This document shows, piece after piece, positions 13,901 to 26,465 of a stretch of 64,000 nt of DNA. Made by a program: the position numbers and the translations under genes. Each line of letters opens with the position of its first letter. Position 1 is the stretch's first letter. The notes under the pieces were generated by a model, which was given only the letters and a program-made list of their open reading frames with translations, was not told the origin of the DNA and ran no database searches. The stretch covers positions 15,376,001 to 15,440,000 of the forward strand of contig OX442314.1 of the NCBI GenBank assembly GCA_949358305.1, read 5' to 3'. The DNA is from Strigamia acuminata. Its lineage: Eukaryota.

Positions 13901-16900
13901 CTGATAAAAAGAATCGATTTGGTCTCTTTTTTTTTAAATTATTTATTATTTGCTGGGGCGGTCGAGTCGGTATAGTGGACTTGTACATAAACATGCGGCG
14001 TGACGAGAGAAGCAATAACTGTCACCTGAAGAGAAGGGGGTGGACTGTTGTTTGTCGAGGTGGGAGTCATATCTGTCGAGCGTGGCCTTTAATTCAATCG
14101 CTACAGACTCGCAACTATATTAAAAGACTATTTCGATGTCCGTGACAGGAGACCACGACTTTTCTCCCCTCTCCTTTTCATTCTGGGTTTATGATAGCAG
14201 CGACTCCACCCTCGCTCTCATCCTGCTTCTTATCAGTTTGGAAAATATTTCTGTCTTTTTTTTTATTTTTTTTTATTTTTATACCTTCCGTGTACATTAG
14301 TTTGGCGCGTTTAAACAAAGTTGGGAGCCTGTAATTGTGTTTGGAAAGCGAGAGAAAGAAGGGAGATTATTTTGTGTAAGTGTGTTTTAGGTGTATATCA
14401 AGAGTGCGGTGCGCCGTGCCGTTTGAAGCCGGTGCGGAGAACGCCAGATGCAGAGGAGAAGCAGAGATAAGTGGAGTGAACAGCTGTCTACATATTTGTT
14501 CGGCAATATCCACTCCCAACTGCCTACCCTTGCTGCTCATCCTTGATTGAACCCGGGAGAGATGAGCACAAGCCAGCTCGACGATAAAGACGACTGTCAT
14601 ATTTATCGGGCACTCCATTAATCCCCCTGTTTGCACACGCCCACCTTCCTTACGCAACCGGTTGATGAGAAGGGTGGTTGCTATGGTAGCTGATCCGTTT
14701 CCTTGCCCAACTCATCGAGCAGGTAAATTAATCAAAGTTTGAGAAATAAGAGACAAGTCACCTTTGATCAGGCTCCGTTGTTTGTGACGCGTGGTTGGGC
14801 TTCACTGCGGCGCGCGAGTGCCGCGAGGGAAAGCACACGGCGTAGGCGGAGCTTTTTGTAGCGCGGGGAAATCTGCGGCTCGTGTTTTTGTGTTTGTATC
14901 TGTTTGTGATCAGTCGTTTTCGTTTTTTGTTCGCTCGATTAGCGAAGGGAAGTTGCCTCTGGAGGTTTCCCCACTGACAGGAAATGGACGGAGTGAGCCA
15001 TGAGACGATTCTACGCTCAAGGATTTGGACCCCGTAATTACTCGTTCAGACCCCGACTGCGATGTGGAGGAGTAGACTCGTGGAAAATGGGGAATGCATG
15101 GGGTTGATGACTACTTACCACTATGGTCCGTCTGTTTTGGACAAATCATTAATTCTGCACGATACGATACAAGAGAGGGAAAAAACTGAAGCGATAATTT
15201 TTTTTGTTTCTAATGACAAACGAAGGTTGAAAATGATGGAGATTAATATAATTTTACTCGATTGTGACTTTTAACCCTTTGCGAGTAAACGTTCCACTTT
15301 TCGTGCAATCGGAGGGGTTGATTGAATTTGGCAGCTTTGATGGAAATCCATGGGCCAACAAATTGAAGGCGGGTTTAGTCACCGGTTGCCAATTTGCATC
15401 TATTTAGTCGCTGCATTTCCCCAGTTGCAAGTTAAAGGGGTGAAGTTGATGGATTTATTTACAACTTTGATGTCGCTTGATTGCGTATACTTGTGTGCGA
15501 AATTCTGAGTTAATGCAAGGAAGTTATAAACGCCGAGACACTTTTTTCCCCATTATACCGTACGACTGGATCGAAATGAGGAAATTACCTGTGTAACCCG
15601 ATTGAACAGACCCCCCCACACAGGAAATGAGGCTAATTTTATAAGGCTGACTTTCCCAATAAGTGCCGTGAAGATCCCCTTTCTTGATATTGATGAAGAT
15701 AATTAAGTTTGCAAAATAGCAATTGCTGATTTCTGTTTTTAAAAAAAAAAGACGAAAATGATGGAATGAAACAAGTTAAATGAATGATATATTCCTATAT
15801 ATTATGCAGGTGAGAGAAATCTGTCAAAAGAGGTTTTTTCTTTCCCTCCCCTGTGTAGTATAGCAATAACCAATTCGGTTGCACCAGCTTTTTTCCCAGT
15901 CATCACCATCCATCTTAGGAGGAGGAGGGCAAACAGGTTAATGATGAGGGAGAGTAAGAGAATGAAAGGAAGGGAAACATCAATTAGCACCTGGCCATTC
16001 TCTGCCGGTTGTAGATGTACTTTCATCTATATTTGTTTACCTGTGGCTAAATCAGTGGTTGCCCACTTTTGATAGCTTCATACATCACTATTGGATTCTT
16101 CGTAGAACAATAGGTTTTGACGTTAGGAGTAAACAAAAATCAATTTGCAGTTAATCTTCGCTGCAGTTTTAATTTATAATTTAATATTTTAATTTAGCTA
16201 AGTGCATTTGTTCGTGTCGATATAATACAAGCATTTTGAAATTGGATTTTTGAAAAATGTATAAAAATAATACATTTTCGTGCATCTAACTGGCCCTTTG
16301 GGTGCCGTAACTTTAAGTAGCCCTTTGTCCATATTTGGACATTCATCTACGGTTGTGTCCCAAGGGATCATCGAGTTCCATAAAAGAGAGAGAGAGAAAG
16401 AAAGTGAAAAAAGAGAAAGGCTACATTTTTTTTTGTCTTTTCATCCACCTGTGCACGTTTTAATTTGATGCCAGTGGGGGTTGTGGCAGGTCGTGGCCAG
16501 GGGTTTGGTCTTTGGGGAGCCATCTTGACTTGGTATAGAGGTCTGGGGCGACTGGGAGTCAATCAGCAGCGAAGTGTGCGCAGAATGTTAACTCGCACAT
16601 GTTTTCTTCTTTTTTCTTGTTTTCAATCAGAACTTTTCTTCTTACGGTTTGTTGTGTGAAAGGCTCGGTTTGGGCGAATGAAGAGGAGATTGCTGATTGT
16701 GTAAATGCAATTTGTGTTTGGGGTGAAAGGAAAGGTGAGAGAAAGGGTTGAACCGCGCGCTCAGGACACAAAGGATACTAGGATTAAAATATCCGAACAC
16801 AACACAGAACCGGGCATTTGTGCAAATTGCATTACATATTAAGTGACCTCGTTGCAGCGAAAATTAAAGATATTCGTTGATGTTACGGCGTTGTTGTAAG

Positions 16901-18428
16901 GAGGAGAAGGCAGAAATGGTGTTTTGGTGTCCAGATTCTTTTGTTTGCGATGCCGCCAATGAAAATTGTAAAGTGGGCAGCGGTTCGCTGATTTACACGA
17001 AGGTATTAGAGAAGTGCATTTTTCTAGTAATTACGATCCGCGGTGATTATTTTAATGGCATCCATTTGAGCCGTCACACCTTTAATAATTCGGGTTTGAT
17101 GATGAGATTGGCGTGGCACAATTGGCGACACCTGTAGCTGCTGCTAGTGAGACGCGTTTCGTTTCGTTTCGTCTCGTCGTGGTGAGCTCATTAAAAGCTG
17201 GACGCTCGATGTGTTTATTGTAATTAAAATGCCATCAGACGCCATTTTCGCGTCTTTTATTACCAAGCTTCTCAGTGAACGACCTCAGTATCGCTCAAAG
17301 TGCAGTGCAATAGCAGGAGCAATTGTGAGTGAACCAAGGTGCAGGTTGAGAGAACGGAGGTGGAGGGCGGTGCACGCCGTTTAGTCCCTGTCCCCCCGTC
17401 AACCCTAAGGGCAAGCGGAATTAGATTTTAGTCGGTGGATTCTGCACAGTTTGTTTAGTGCTTGCAAAGAAAAGTGCAAGTCATCAACAGATCATTTAGG
17501 AGGGCACATGAAAATGGATAAAGCCTCTGGGTTACATTGATCCGCGAGTCCAGATGCGTCGTGGGGGGAAAAAATGCAGACATTTTTCTCTTTGTCACTC
17601 TGAATTGAAGGTTTTCGAGGGAAAAAGTGGTGATAAAGGATGAGAGGCTTTTTTGTGTTGTTGGCGTAAATTTGGTATTGTGTAACTATTGATTCGTCAT
17701 CGATAGGAGAGAATTTGACCACTGCCCACTTGAGTGTGAAGATCCTCCTCTTTCCCCCCAACCGCAGGCTATCTGAGATGAGATGAGACCGCAAGATGAC
17801 GTGAAGGGACTTGGGTCTATCTCCCAAGAGTGGAAGACGCGCAGCCTTTCCTTAATGAGAGCGGGGGCGGCCGCGGGGCGGCAGCCACCGTGATGGTGGC
17901 GCTGCAAATCGACGCTAAATTAATTTGGCACACCAATTGGGGGGCGACGCGGGGCCTCATCTTGTGCCAATTACTGTGGCAACACATGACAGCCCATAGC
18001 AATCTTCTTTTGCACAAAGAAACTTGTTTGGGCGTCTGAAATTTCCAAATCGGAAAACAAGTTAAGGCAAAGGGCGAATTTTTTTTATTATTATTGTTTT
18101 CTACATTTTTGCTTTTTTCGTGTTGACGTACGTCAGTTGGAGGAAGTCGAGATGGACATCGGGCACCGGAAGTAGACAATAAAATATTCGGATCAATAAA
18201 ATATTTTTTTCTGGTTTATTATTATTATTTTTTTTTTTTTTGCTTACCGGTACTTTTATTGCCGACAGTTTTATGGTTTTACAGTTCAAAATTAGATTTA
18301 TAACATGAGGAAAAAAATTGGAATAATAATTTTTTTTGGTTGTAAATAATAGTTAGTTACAAGTTGTCATTTTGTGGAAAATTTGATGGGTTTTTGTGGC
18401 TGAGGTTGAAAAAGCAGGACGCCATTAT

Positions 18429-18740
18429 ATCGGGGATCCGTTAAACGCGCAACATTCTTACTTGCGACAATACCAATCGCACGTAAGAATAGTATTGCAC
18501 AGTGCAAATATTCGTCTCGTCCTCGCTCTCGTTGCAATCGTCCGAGTCGGCCGTCGTCACGCATGTGCATGTAAAAGTCGCCATCGCGCCTATGAATACT
18601 TACAATGTGCACATGTGCAACGTCGTGCTTATGAATACACATAATATGTAGATGCGCGATGTCGCACATGTAGATATTCTGTGTATTCATAAGCGCGACG
18701 TCGCACGTAAGAATATCGCGTGTTTTATAGAGGTAGAGGC
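18429..18740. mobile_element. MITE/foldback-like element in the hth intron
   Basis: Imperfect subterminal inverted repeats at 18441-18468 and 18700-18727 (23/28 match by eye). An internal 39-bp unit occurs twice in tandem and once inverted. Flanking direct repeat CCATTAT at 18422-18428 and 18741-18747. Confidence 0.55.
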
Positions 18741-21138
18741 CCATTATTTCATTTGGCGCGCTGCTCGTTTCCCTGGGGTTCGTCTCCGCTCTCCCTCGTT
18801 CTCTACCTGGCTACCATTGATTAATTTGGCGCAAATGGCCGCAACAAGACAATGCACTTATTCTATTTGGCCTCTGGTTGGGACCAGGGGCCTGGCGCTG
18901 CTCTCCAGCCGCAGGAAATGAAACGCAAGACGCTGGAGGAGGGTGAGAGAGGATGATGTTGATGCTCGAGTTGAGTCACGGTTTGCCAACCGTGGATTAA
19001 GTTTTGCGTGGAAATTCAGTTATAGATTGTGATTGGATTCGAATTTCTTCTCTTGATAACAACGGAATGAAATAAAACTCTTGGATGGAGCGAGGATAAA
19101 AGTTTAGGAGGAAAAGTTGAGATTAATTATACCTATCTAAATTATCTGCTTCCCCCCTTATACCAGTGTTTGTTTTTCCTGCTGCGTTTCCGACACAACT
19201 TCCGGCCTGAATTTGATTAATTTGTTCTGTGGGATTTGGCAGCTGCGTGAACTAAACATTTGTTCTAGTCAATATTGATTATAAGTTCATTCAAGACCAA
19301 CCGTTTGCATTATTGTTTCGTATTGACTCTGTGGCGACAATTGACGTCTTTTACCGATTTGAATACGTTGCAAGTTTAGTGTAGTCGAAATCAACATTTT
19401 TCTGTCGTTTTGGGCAACGGCGACAGGAAATCGGAGCGATAGGATATCTCGATGCTGCAATTTTTTGAGTTTTTGAACCAAAAGAGAGAAGAATTTTATT
19501 TCAATGACCTTCTAGTTAATGCGGAAAGGGCCTCTCTTCGAAGGGGGTGGATTGGGAGGAAAACTGGCCTATTTCACTCGTAATGAGTTTTGTCGATAGA
19601 GGAGGGGTTGGCATCCATCATTTACCCCTACACCTCCCTTCTTCCCCTTTCACATCTATTTGAGTTTATCTGATTTCATCCACCTTCCCGCACTGCTGGC
19701 TGACACACTGTTGCATAGATGTATTTAATAGGGTGTGTGTGTGTGTATGGAGTAATCTTTTTTTCTTGAGCAATTGGATTAGATATTCATGACCCCACCC
19801 TCCCCTAAGGGCTATTGGAAAAGAAATGGCAAAAATAAAAATGTGGGACAATTTGATAAGGTGTTATTGATTTTTAATTAAATTTCCATTAAGATCCATT
19901 ATGGATCGGATTCCAAGCGGCGCCGGGATGCGATGGTAGGAGGTCTGCGAAAGGAGGGGGAGTTAAATATCAGCCCATTGTTCATGTGTTGGGCTTAATT
20001 GTATTTTAATTTTAAGTGAGAGAGATAGATGTCGCCTCGAGGTTCACCAGATGACACCTCAAGATGTGAAGGATGGAGTTTAGAGGCTTGAAAAAAAGGG
20101 GGAATGGTCTTAAGGGCGTTTTAGAAAAATGGGTTCTGTCTTAAGGGTGTTGGCGAAGAAGAAAGAGCTTTTAAGATTTCACTTTCTTTTTTTTTTATTG
20201 AAATTGTGCTATTTTGCTCGTTGTTTGTCAAATTGTGACGTCATGTTTGTGACCTGATTTGATACATCGAATAGTGAGTCATGTGTCCATCTTTTTCTCG
20301 TCCCTATTCCCCAAACCCCCTCCTCGCGCTCTCCTCCCGACTCCCCGTTATGAATAAATCATCTTGGTATGGTGCCTGCGAGAGCCGTTTTCTAGTGTAT
20401 TAGCTTTTATTCAATAAGCGTGTCTGTGGGCTTATATGGGCTTGTCACTCACCGTGTCCTACATGCGTCAAAGGGGTGGGCTGCATTTCTCAAATAAATA
20501 ATAAAAAAAAAGAGCGAGAACTCTTTGAACACCAGAGATTAGATCGCATCACGTTCTTGGCGGACACGGTTGTATGAAAATATAAATAAATCGATGCGGT
20601 CTCGGGAGGGGAAAAAATGTAAATATTTTTTTGTAATGTAAATATCTAGTTTCTTCATCTACGTCAGCCGGTATCTGAAATGGAAAACGTGCAATGCCTT
20701 TGACAGGTGGTCATCAATTAGGTGTTCGTCGGCCCGTAGTCGTTGTACCAACTGCTTCTTTTTGGCTCTACGTCTTTATCGACGGCCAATCTTTCCTTCT
20801 TCCCCTCGCTCGTGTCCATCCCCTCCCTTCGTCGATAACGCCCCCCCATCACCTTCCTTTTCCTACTTCCACCTTTTCTATGTCTGATGAATGACGGCCT
20901 GTCGCCCCGAGAATCACATTGGCCTTCTTCCGAATTCAGTCGACATAATCTATTAGAAAGAGTGGGAAAGATACAACGCAGTGTTGCCAAGGATACTCGG
21001 CGTGTCATTAACACGTTTTCTTTTTTTTCTTCTTTTTTGGAGTGAATAGAAGGGGGAAAGCTAAAGTTTTGTGGTTGATTTGTGTTGTCTTGTTGTGCAG
21101 GTGTTTTAATTTATTTTGTTTGTTTGTTTGTTTCGTAG

Positions 21139-21278
21139 GTGATGCAAGTGTGGGCTCTGGCGATGGAACGGGGGAAGACGAGGACGAGGAGAGGAGCAAG
21201 AAAAGACAAAAGAAACGAGGCATCTTTCCTAAAGTAGCCACCAACATCATGAGGGCGTGGCTCTTCCAGCATTTAACG
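21139..21278 (+). CDS. hth: homothorax/Meis internal exon: acidic linker, basic NLS-like stretch and homeodomain helix 1
   Basis: Acceptor (gttt)n-cgtAG at 21137-21138 and donor ACG|GTAAAT at 21279. The 140 nt (phase 1 to 0) translate as (G)[46 protein letters not shown], the diagnostic Meis/Hth sequence. Confidence 0.97.
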
Positions 21279-24200
21279 GTAAATTCGATTTTTATTTTGT
21301 TTTATTTATTTTTATTTTTATTTATGGAAATTTGGACGGGGAGTGTTTTTTCTTTATTTATGAAGTGAATGGTGTTATAATGCTTTTTATTTAAGTATTC
21401 AAAAGTGCAAAGAGGATTGTGGAATGGAGAAGGGCGGGGGTGTGTGTAGAGCGTCCCGCTCTCGTGTCGGTGCCATTAATTCAGTGACCCTGTGCCACTG
21501 AGTCTGCGTGTATTTTTTTTTCTTTGCTGGTGATGGATGGCGTTGAGGCGATCAGTGATGGATTAGCGGAAGGGGGAGGAAGGACTTGGCCTCTAGGGGA
21601 CCCTCTGATTGCCGCTCGCGCGTAGTCCGTGAGGGGGCGGATTCTAGAACAAGTGGAGTGCACCTCACTGACTGTCAGATTGCAGGAGATGGGAAAATGG
21701 CCGTCCAAAGTGGTCGTTTGGAATTTTGGAAATCAAAAAATTTTTTTTTATTTTTTATTTTTGTTGTTGAAGGTGAAATTATTATTATTTTCATTCTATT
21801 TGAGGATGTGTCGACATAGAAATCGGAAGCAGGGGGTGAGGGAAATGGCACATGATGCTCAGCGGGTGAAATTTGAGGATATGGGGCGGTGTCGCAGGGC
21901 TGCTGGTGCCAAATGTCGCTTAGTGTTTCTCAAAATTAATGGAATTGAAGCTAACGCGCATGCGCCCCATGGCATCTGTGTTCGTGCTTGCGGCTGCGTC
22001 GCTGCCTTGATTCATGGCTGGCCCTGCGCGCAGCGCTTTCAACCCTTTTGGTCCCGGTAACAGCTGAACGTCCTTATTCTGAATTTAATAGTGTGAAAAA
22101 AAATATCGACGACGGAAAAAGTTGTAAATGAATAATGAGGTTTTCTGAGTATACGGAGAACATTTTTTTTTATTCAATATACACAAAGGGATTTGCAAGC
22201 GTTCGCGTAACGTAATACGCCCTCGACACCTTGGTGGATAGCTTGTCGGTACGAACTCTCTCTACGCAGTTGAGGGCAGATGTCGATTAGAAATGGATCC
22301 GACGCGTTCAATCTCCCATGGGATGTCATGAAACGAGTGGACTGAGTGTTGTGTTGCACGTTTGCTTCGCTAGTTCGTTTTATAAAGTTTTTAGATTATA
22401 AAAATGGAATAAATGGAGGGCAGTTCAATTTGAAAAATGGTCAAGTTACTCAAGTTTGATGGAAAATGAATTTTTTTCTCTTGTTTTGTTTCAGAAGAAA
22501 TCCAAATAATTGTAATGGGTTTTTAAAACGAATTCGTTTCATTTTCTTCCTAAAACTCCGCCCTAAGTTGGGCTTTCGTGTGCCATTCATTTATTTAATG
22601 GTTGCCACAATTTTAGTAATGCAATGCGAATTTTTTTGTTTTGTTTTTTTTGAAAGGCAAATCTTTTTAGAACTTGCATTTATTTTCATTAAAAAATAAT
22701 ATTCGTATATGTACGACTACGACCTAGAATTGGATATAAAACGGTTGCAGCGAATAGCAATTAATAGGCGTGGGAGACGCCCTAATTGTACTATGCTGTG
22801 GCCGCAAGACCGAAAGAGGCCACGCCATACAAAACGGTTCAACTGTTTTGCAGTATCATGATTAAGATTTAAACGTTGTTTTATTCCGAAACATTATTTC
22901 TTTATGTTTTATATCTAGGAAAAATATTTTGTATTTTTAAATGTAGTTCGAGCGGGAGGACGTGCCGTGGAATAGTGTAGGCTCGTGGCGCATGCGCTTT
23001 AGTATCGTGTGTTTGTGGGCATAAGGCATAGTTGAAATTTATTTGCTCATAAAATTGTGTTTATGGAGAATGTTAGAAAGCAGGGAGAAAAGGAGAAACA
23101 GCACACCATCTCTCGAGGTGGCGGTGCGTGGGGAGAGCAGATGGAAAAAGAGGAAGGGAAATATTCTCCGGGGATCATTAGGGGAAATTGAAAAAGAGTT
23201 GAAATGCTCGAAACTTGTCGTATCGTTGCGTGTCCGTTTTGTCACGAGACAGTTTGAAGTGTTTTGTATAGGAAAGGAATAAAAGGAGAGCGAAATATCC
23301 TCTTTCTTTCCCTTTATCTGTGTCCAGAAAAACTCACATAAATGTGAGCGGTGACTTCTTTGAAGGATTAGTTGAAAACAATTTGAATCACCAACGTGAC
23401 ACTTCTTGGAAATGAAGTTACAAACAAACACTAGTGAAGCATTAAATTATGTCTCCTCTTTTTCTTCGTTGCCCCCATTTTTTGTAAACACTTCGCCCAG
23501 CGGCCAAATGGCAATCACATTTTCGCCATAAGCCCATAATGTGAAGTTGAGTGTTGGAATCAAGTAGCTTATATTTATATAATAAAAATATAAAATGGAA
23601 AAAAAAAATGGAAGGTGAGGGACTAGACTGTGGGTGTGGGGAGGCCATCTCCTTTTTTCCCCCCCTTGTGAAATGACTTGGGCTCATTTTTTTTCCTCGT
23701 GCCTCGCCTGGGACTCTGAGATAAGTACCACGAGCAGTGTATGCGGTGCGAGGGCTGACAGTTTTCTAAGCTGACTGTTAGTGTACATTCTATTCTCTCC
23801 CCCATTGCTCGTGTGACAAATCCAAAATGGTGGATTTTTTTTCCTCCCCCTCTTCTTATTTTACTCAAATTTGTGCCATTGAGCATGCGCAATTAGAAAT
23901 GTGTGTATGTATATGGAAGAAGGGGAGAGTTTGTTGCTGTTTCCCGCCAATTTCCACCCGTGGAGAGAGATGAGTGCAGAGACATTTCCCGTCCCCTCTT
24001 ATACCACCATCAACCCCACCTCACCCCTACAACCTAACTCAGCTCTTACTCTTCCATTTCTTTTTTCCATTCCCACTTTGCCACTCACTCCCACCCTCTT
24101 TCTCCACTATTCACCCTCGTCTTTCTCTCACAGTCATAACGTTAATATGAAAATTCAACTCTCTCTCCACACGGCGTAATGTTTAAAAGTGTGGCTTCGC

Positions 24201-26199
24201 CTCTCAACCCCCAGAGCGGCTCCACTTCTCTACTCCTTAACGCGTTCCTCTTTTCCTTCTATCGTATCATAAAATTAACCCAAGCTGAAAAAAGTGGCAC
24301 ATGCATTTTAAATGAACATAACATGCACGCAACCATTCTTTTTCTCAACATTTGCACTAATTTTTTTCCTCTTTATTCACCCCTTTATTTGTTGACTTGG
24401 AAAATTTTATTGGCACTGAAATTTTTCTTTTCAACTCACGGAACCCCGTGTTGAATATGTTGCACGATATGAATATTTGCACTTTAAACTTTCTAAGTTT
24501 AATTTTTTTTTGCCTTTTCTTTTTCTTTTTCGTTTTAAACATTGAGAAATGAGTGTGGGTGGGCGGGACACCTGCTTCGGCATTCTTCACCCCCACTACT
24601 TTACCCCCCGACCACCTCCCCATCCTTCCTGTCTTCTGAACATGTCAGGTCAGTTTTGATGCTGACCAGAGCTGCTCCTTTCCCTCGGATCCCAATGACA
24701 GCAGGCGCCTGGATTTATGGCGCCTGTCCACGGTCATAACTCACTTGGGGGTGAAATAGGGTGGAGATCATCTTCCATCCCCGTATCTAGGGGTTAGAGC
24801 TTGGAGAAGAGAGTTCTCTGTATATAGACTCGAATAATAAAAAAAAGAGAGAAAAAATAAGGATGAGTGTCGTTTCTGCTGATGGATTTTTTTTTTCTAT
24901 CTGGAATTATTTTGTGTGTAATTTATGTGCGTGTTGATGGGGCAGATAGGATGATGTTGGTGTTGTTTATGGATGTCGTAGCTTATTTGGAAATAAATGT
25001 TGTCGAAAGTTATTTTTGATTTTGATTAATTTTTTAGAGAAAATTTTTTTTCTATAATACTTTTTTTTTTTTTTTATTATTTAATATTTAAATCGCAATC
25101 CAGATGGTTTTAAGAGGGTTGAAAAATTCATAATTGATTGTGTAGTTGTGCGTGTGGCGGGCTATAATTCAAGAGAGTTCGCCATGCAGCGATGGGCGAT
25201 GAATATTTAATATCTCATCAGTCAAATGGCTTTTTCTCTTTTTGGACCTAACTTTCTCGCTTCCGTCTGATTGCAGAACAATTGTTGTGAGTAGAATGAG
25301 ATATGCGGGGACTAAAAGGGGTAAAGGCGCCTCGCGTCTGCTCGGGGAATATGGTTACCGTGGCAACCGAGACAGCAGCTTCATCTTGAGGCTCCATCTC
25401 ATCCATCATCAGTGCAGAGAGAGAGATAGGGACGAGGATCTATGGACAGCCCTACTCGCATTTTTTTTTCTGTTTTTATTTTTTATTATTTTCTGTAAAT
25501 TTCCCTTTAGGGCGGGTCTTGGGCTAGTGTTCAAGTTTCAATAAAAAGATGTTTTTGCCCGACCATTTCCTGCTAGTCAATTGATTTTATGTTTGTATTT
25601 CCATCCCTATTGGCATTCCATATCTGTTGATCCTCCTTTGCATCGATGCGCTAAAGGCAAGCCTCATTACCAGCTCGATGTTTGTCCGTAGCAAGTGGTT
25701 GCTGTTGTTTATAACGAGGGTCGAGTCTGTGCGCCCTCTCTTGACACCTGCACATCCACCTTTTCCCCTCGTCTCTAGTCTTTTCTATCTTCGAAGGGGA
25801 GAAGGAGGTCGGCTTGGGAGAATCGTTCACGCATGCGCTCCATGAATACACAATGGACCTTGGCCGAATCGACGCCTGAGTCCATTTGGAGTGTGACGGC
25901 TATTTTCTATTTTTGATTGGGCGGGGGTATTGTGACCGGTCATCGACACTCGCGGCCCCACTGGGAGTGTAGGGAGTGGGATCTCTCAAGATTATGAGAG
26001 TGGTGGACCGGAAGCTGGGGAAAGGAGTTTTATTTTTTTTATGGTTCGGGAACATTGGGCGAGTTGGTGTTTGTTGCTTTTTGATCGATTTCACCCTTCC
26101 GCTCCTCATTTGAAATTTATACATGTAAATTTGAATAGTAAATCACAGACGTCTCGTGTTTGCTTTCATGTCGTTTGAATTTGTAAAAAAACGGCGTAA

Positions 26200-26465
26200 A
26201 AATTTAGTCTTTGGAAGAGTTTCACGCGATGGGTTTTGCGGGCTCAAAGAGTTTCTATCCGAGCTGGTTGTTCGATCGAGCGCGCCTGTCTATCAAGCGC
26301 CGGCTGCCCGCCCCGTTCGCCCGCGCTGTTTTGTGGGCGGCTGGTGCGCGCTCTGACGTGGTTCGACTCCCGCCTCCGCCAACCAATGGGCGGAGTGGGC
26401 GGCGGGGGCGGTCACGCAACTGATTTGCCGGTGCAGGAAGGCGCTGGTTTGCCGTGTGCCGAGGC
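26200..26465. promoter_or_regulatory. Intronic GC/CpG-rich promoter- or enhancer-like island
   Basis: GGGCGG boxes at 26335, 26388, 26397 and 26406, CCAAT at 26383-26387 and TGACGT at 26354-26359, in a CpG-dense patch flanked by AT-rich DNA. Confidence 0.45.

Noticed and set aside
20694..20894. ORF after ttgacAG (20705-20706) as an alternative terminal exon for an HD-less isoform
   Set aside because: It lacks a polypyrimidine tract and has no recognisable similarity to Hth linker exons in the frames I read. It cannot be supported without RNA data.
1..21138. Upstream hth exons (HM/MEIS domain or linker) or nested genes among the many 60-130 aa ORFs
   Set aside because: No ORF resembles the HM domain or any protein family I recognise. 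Most are low-complexity F/L/K-rich translations of AT-rich intron. A small divergent exon could still have been missed.
21042..21368. 108-aa ORF as a standalone gene
   Set aside because: Only 21139-21278 is coding. The flanking parts are intron read-through.
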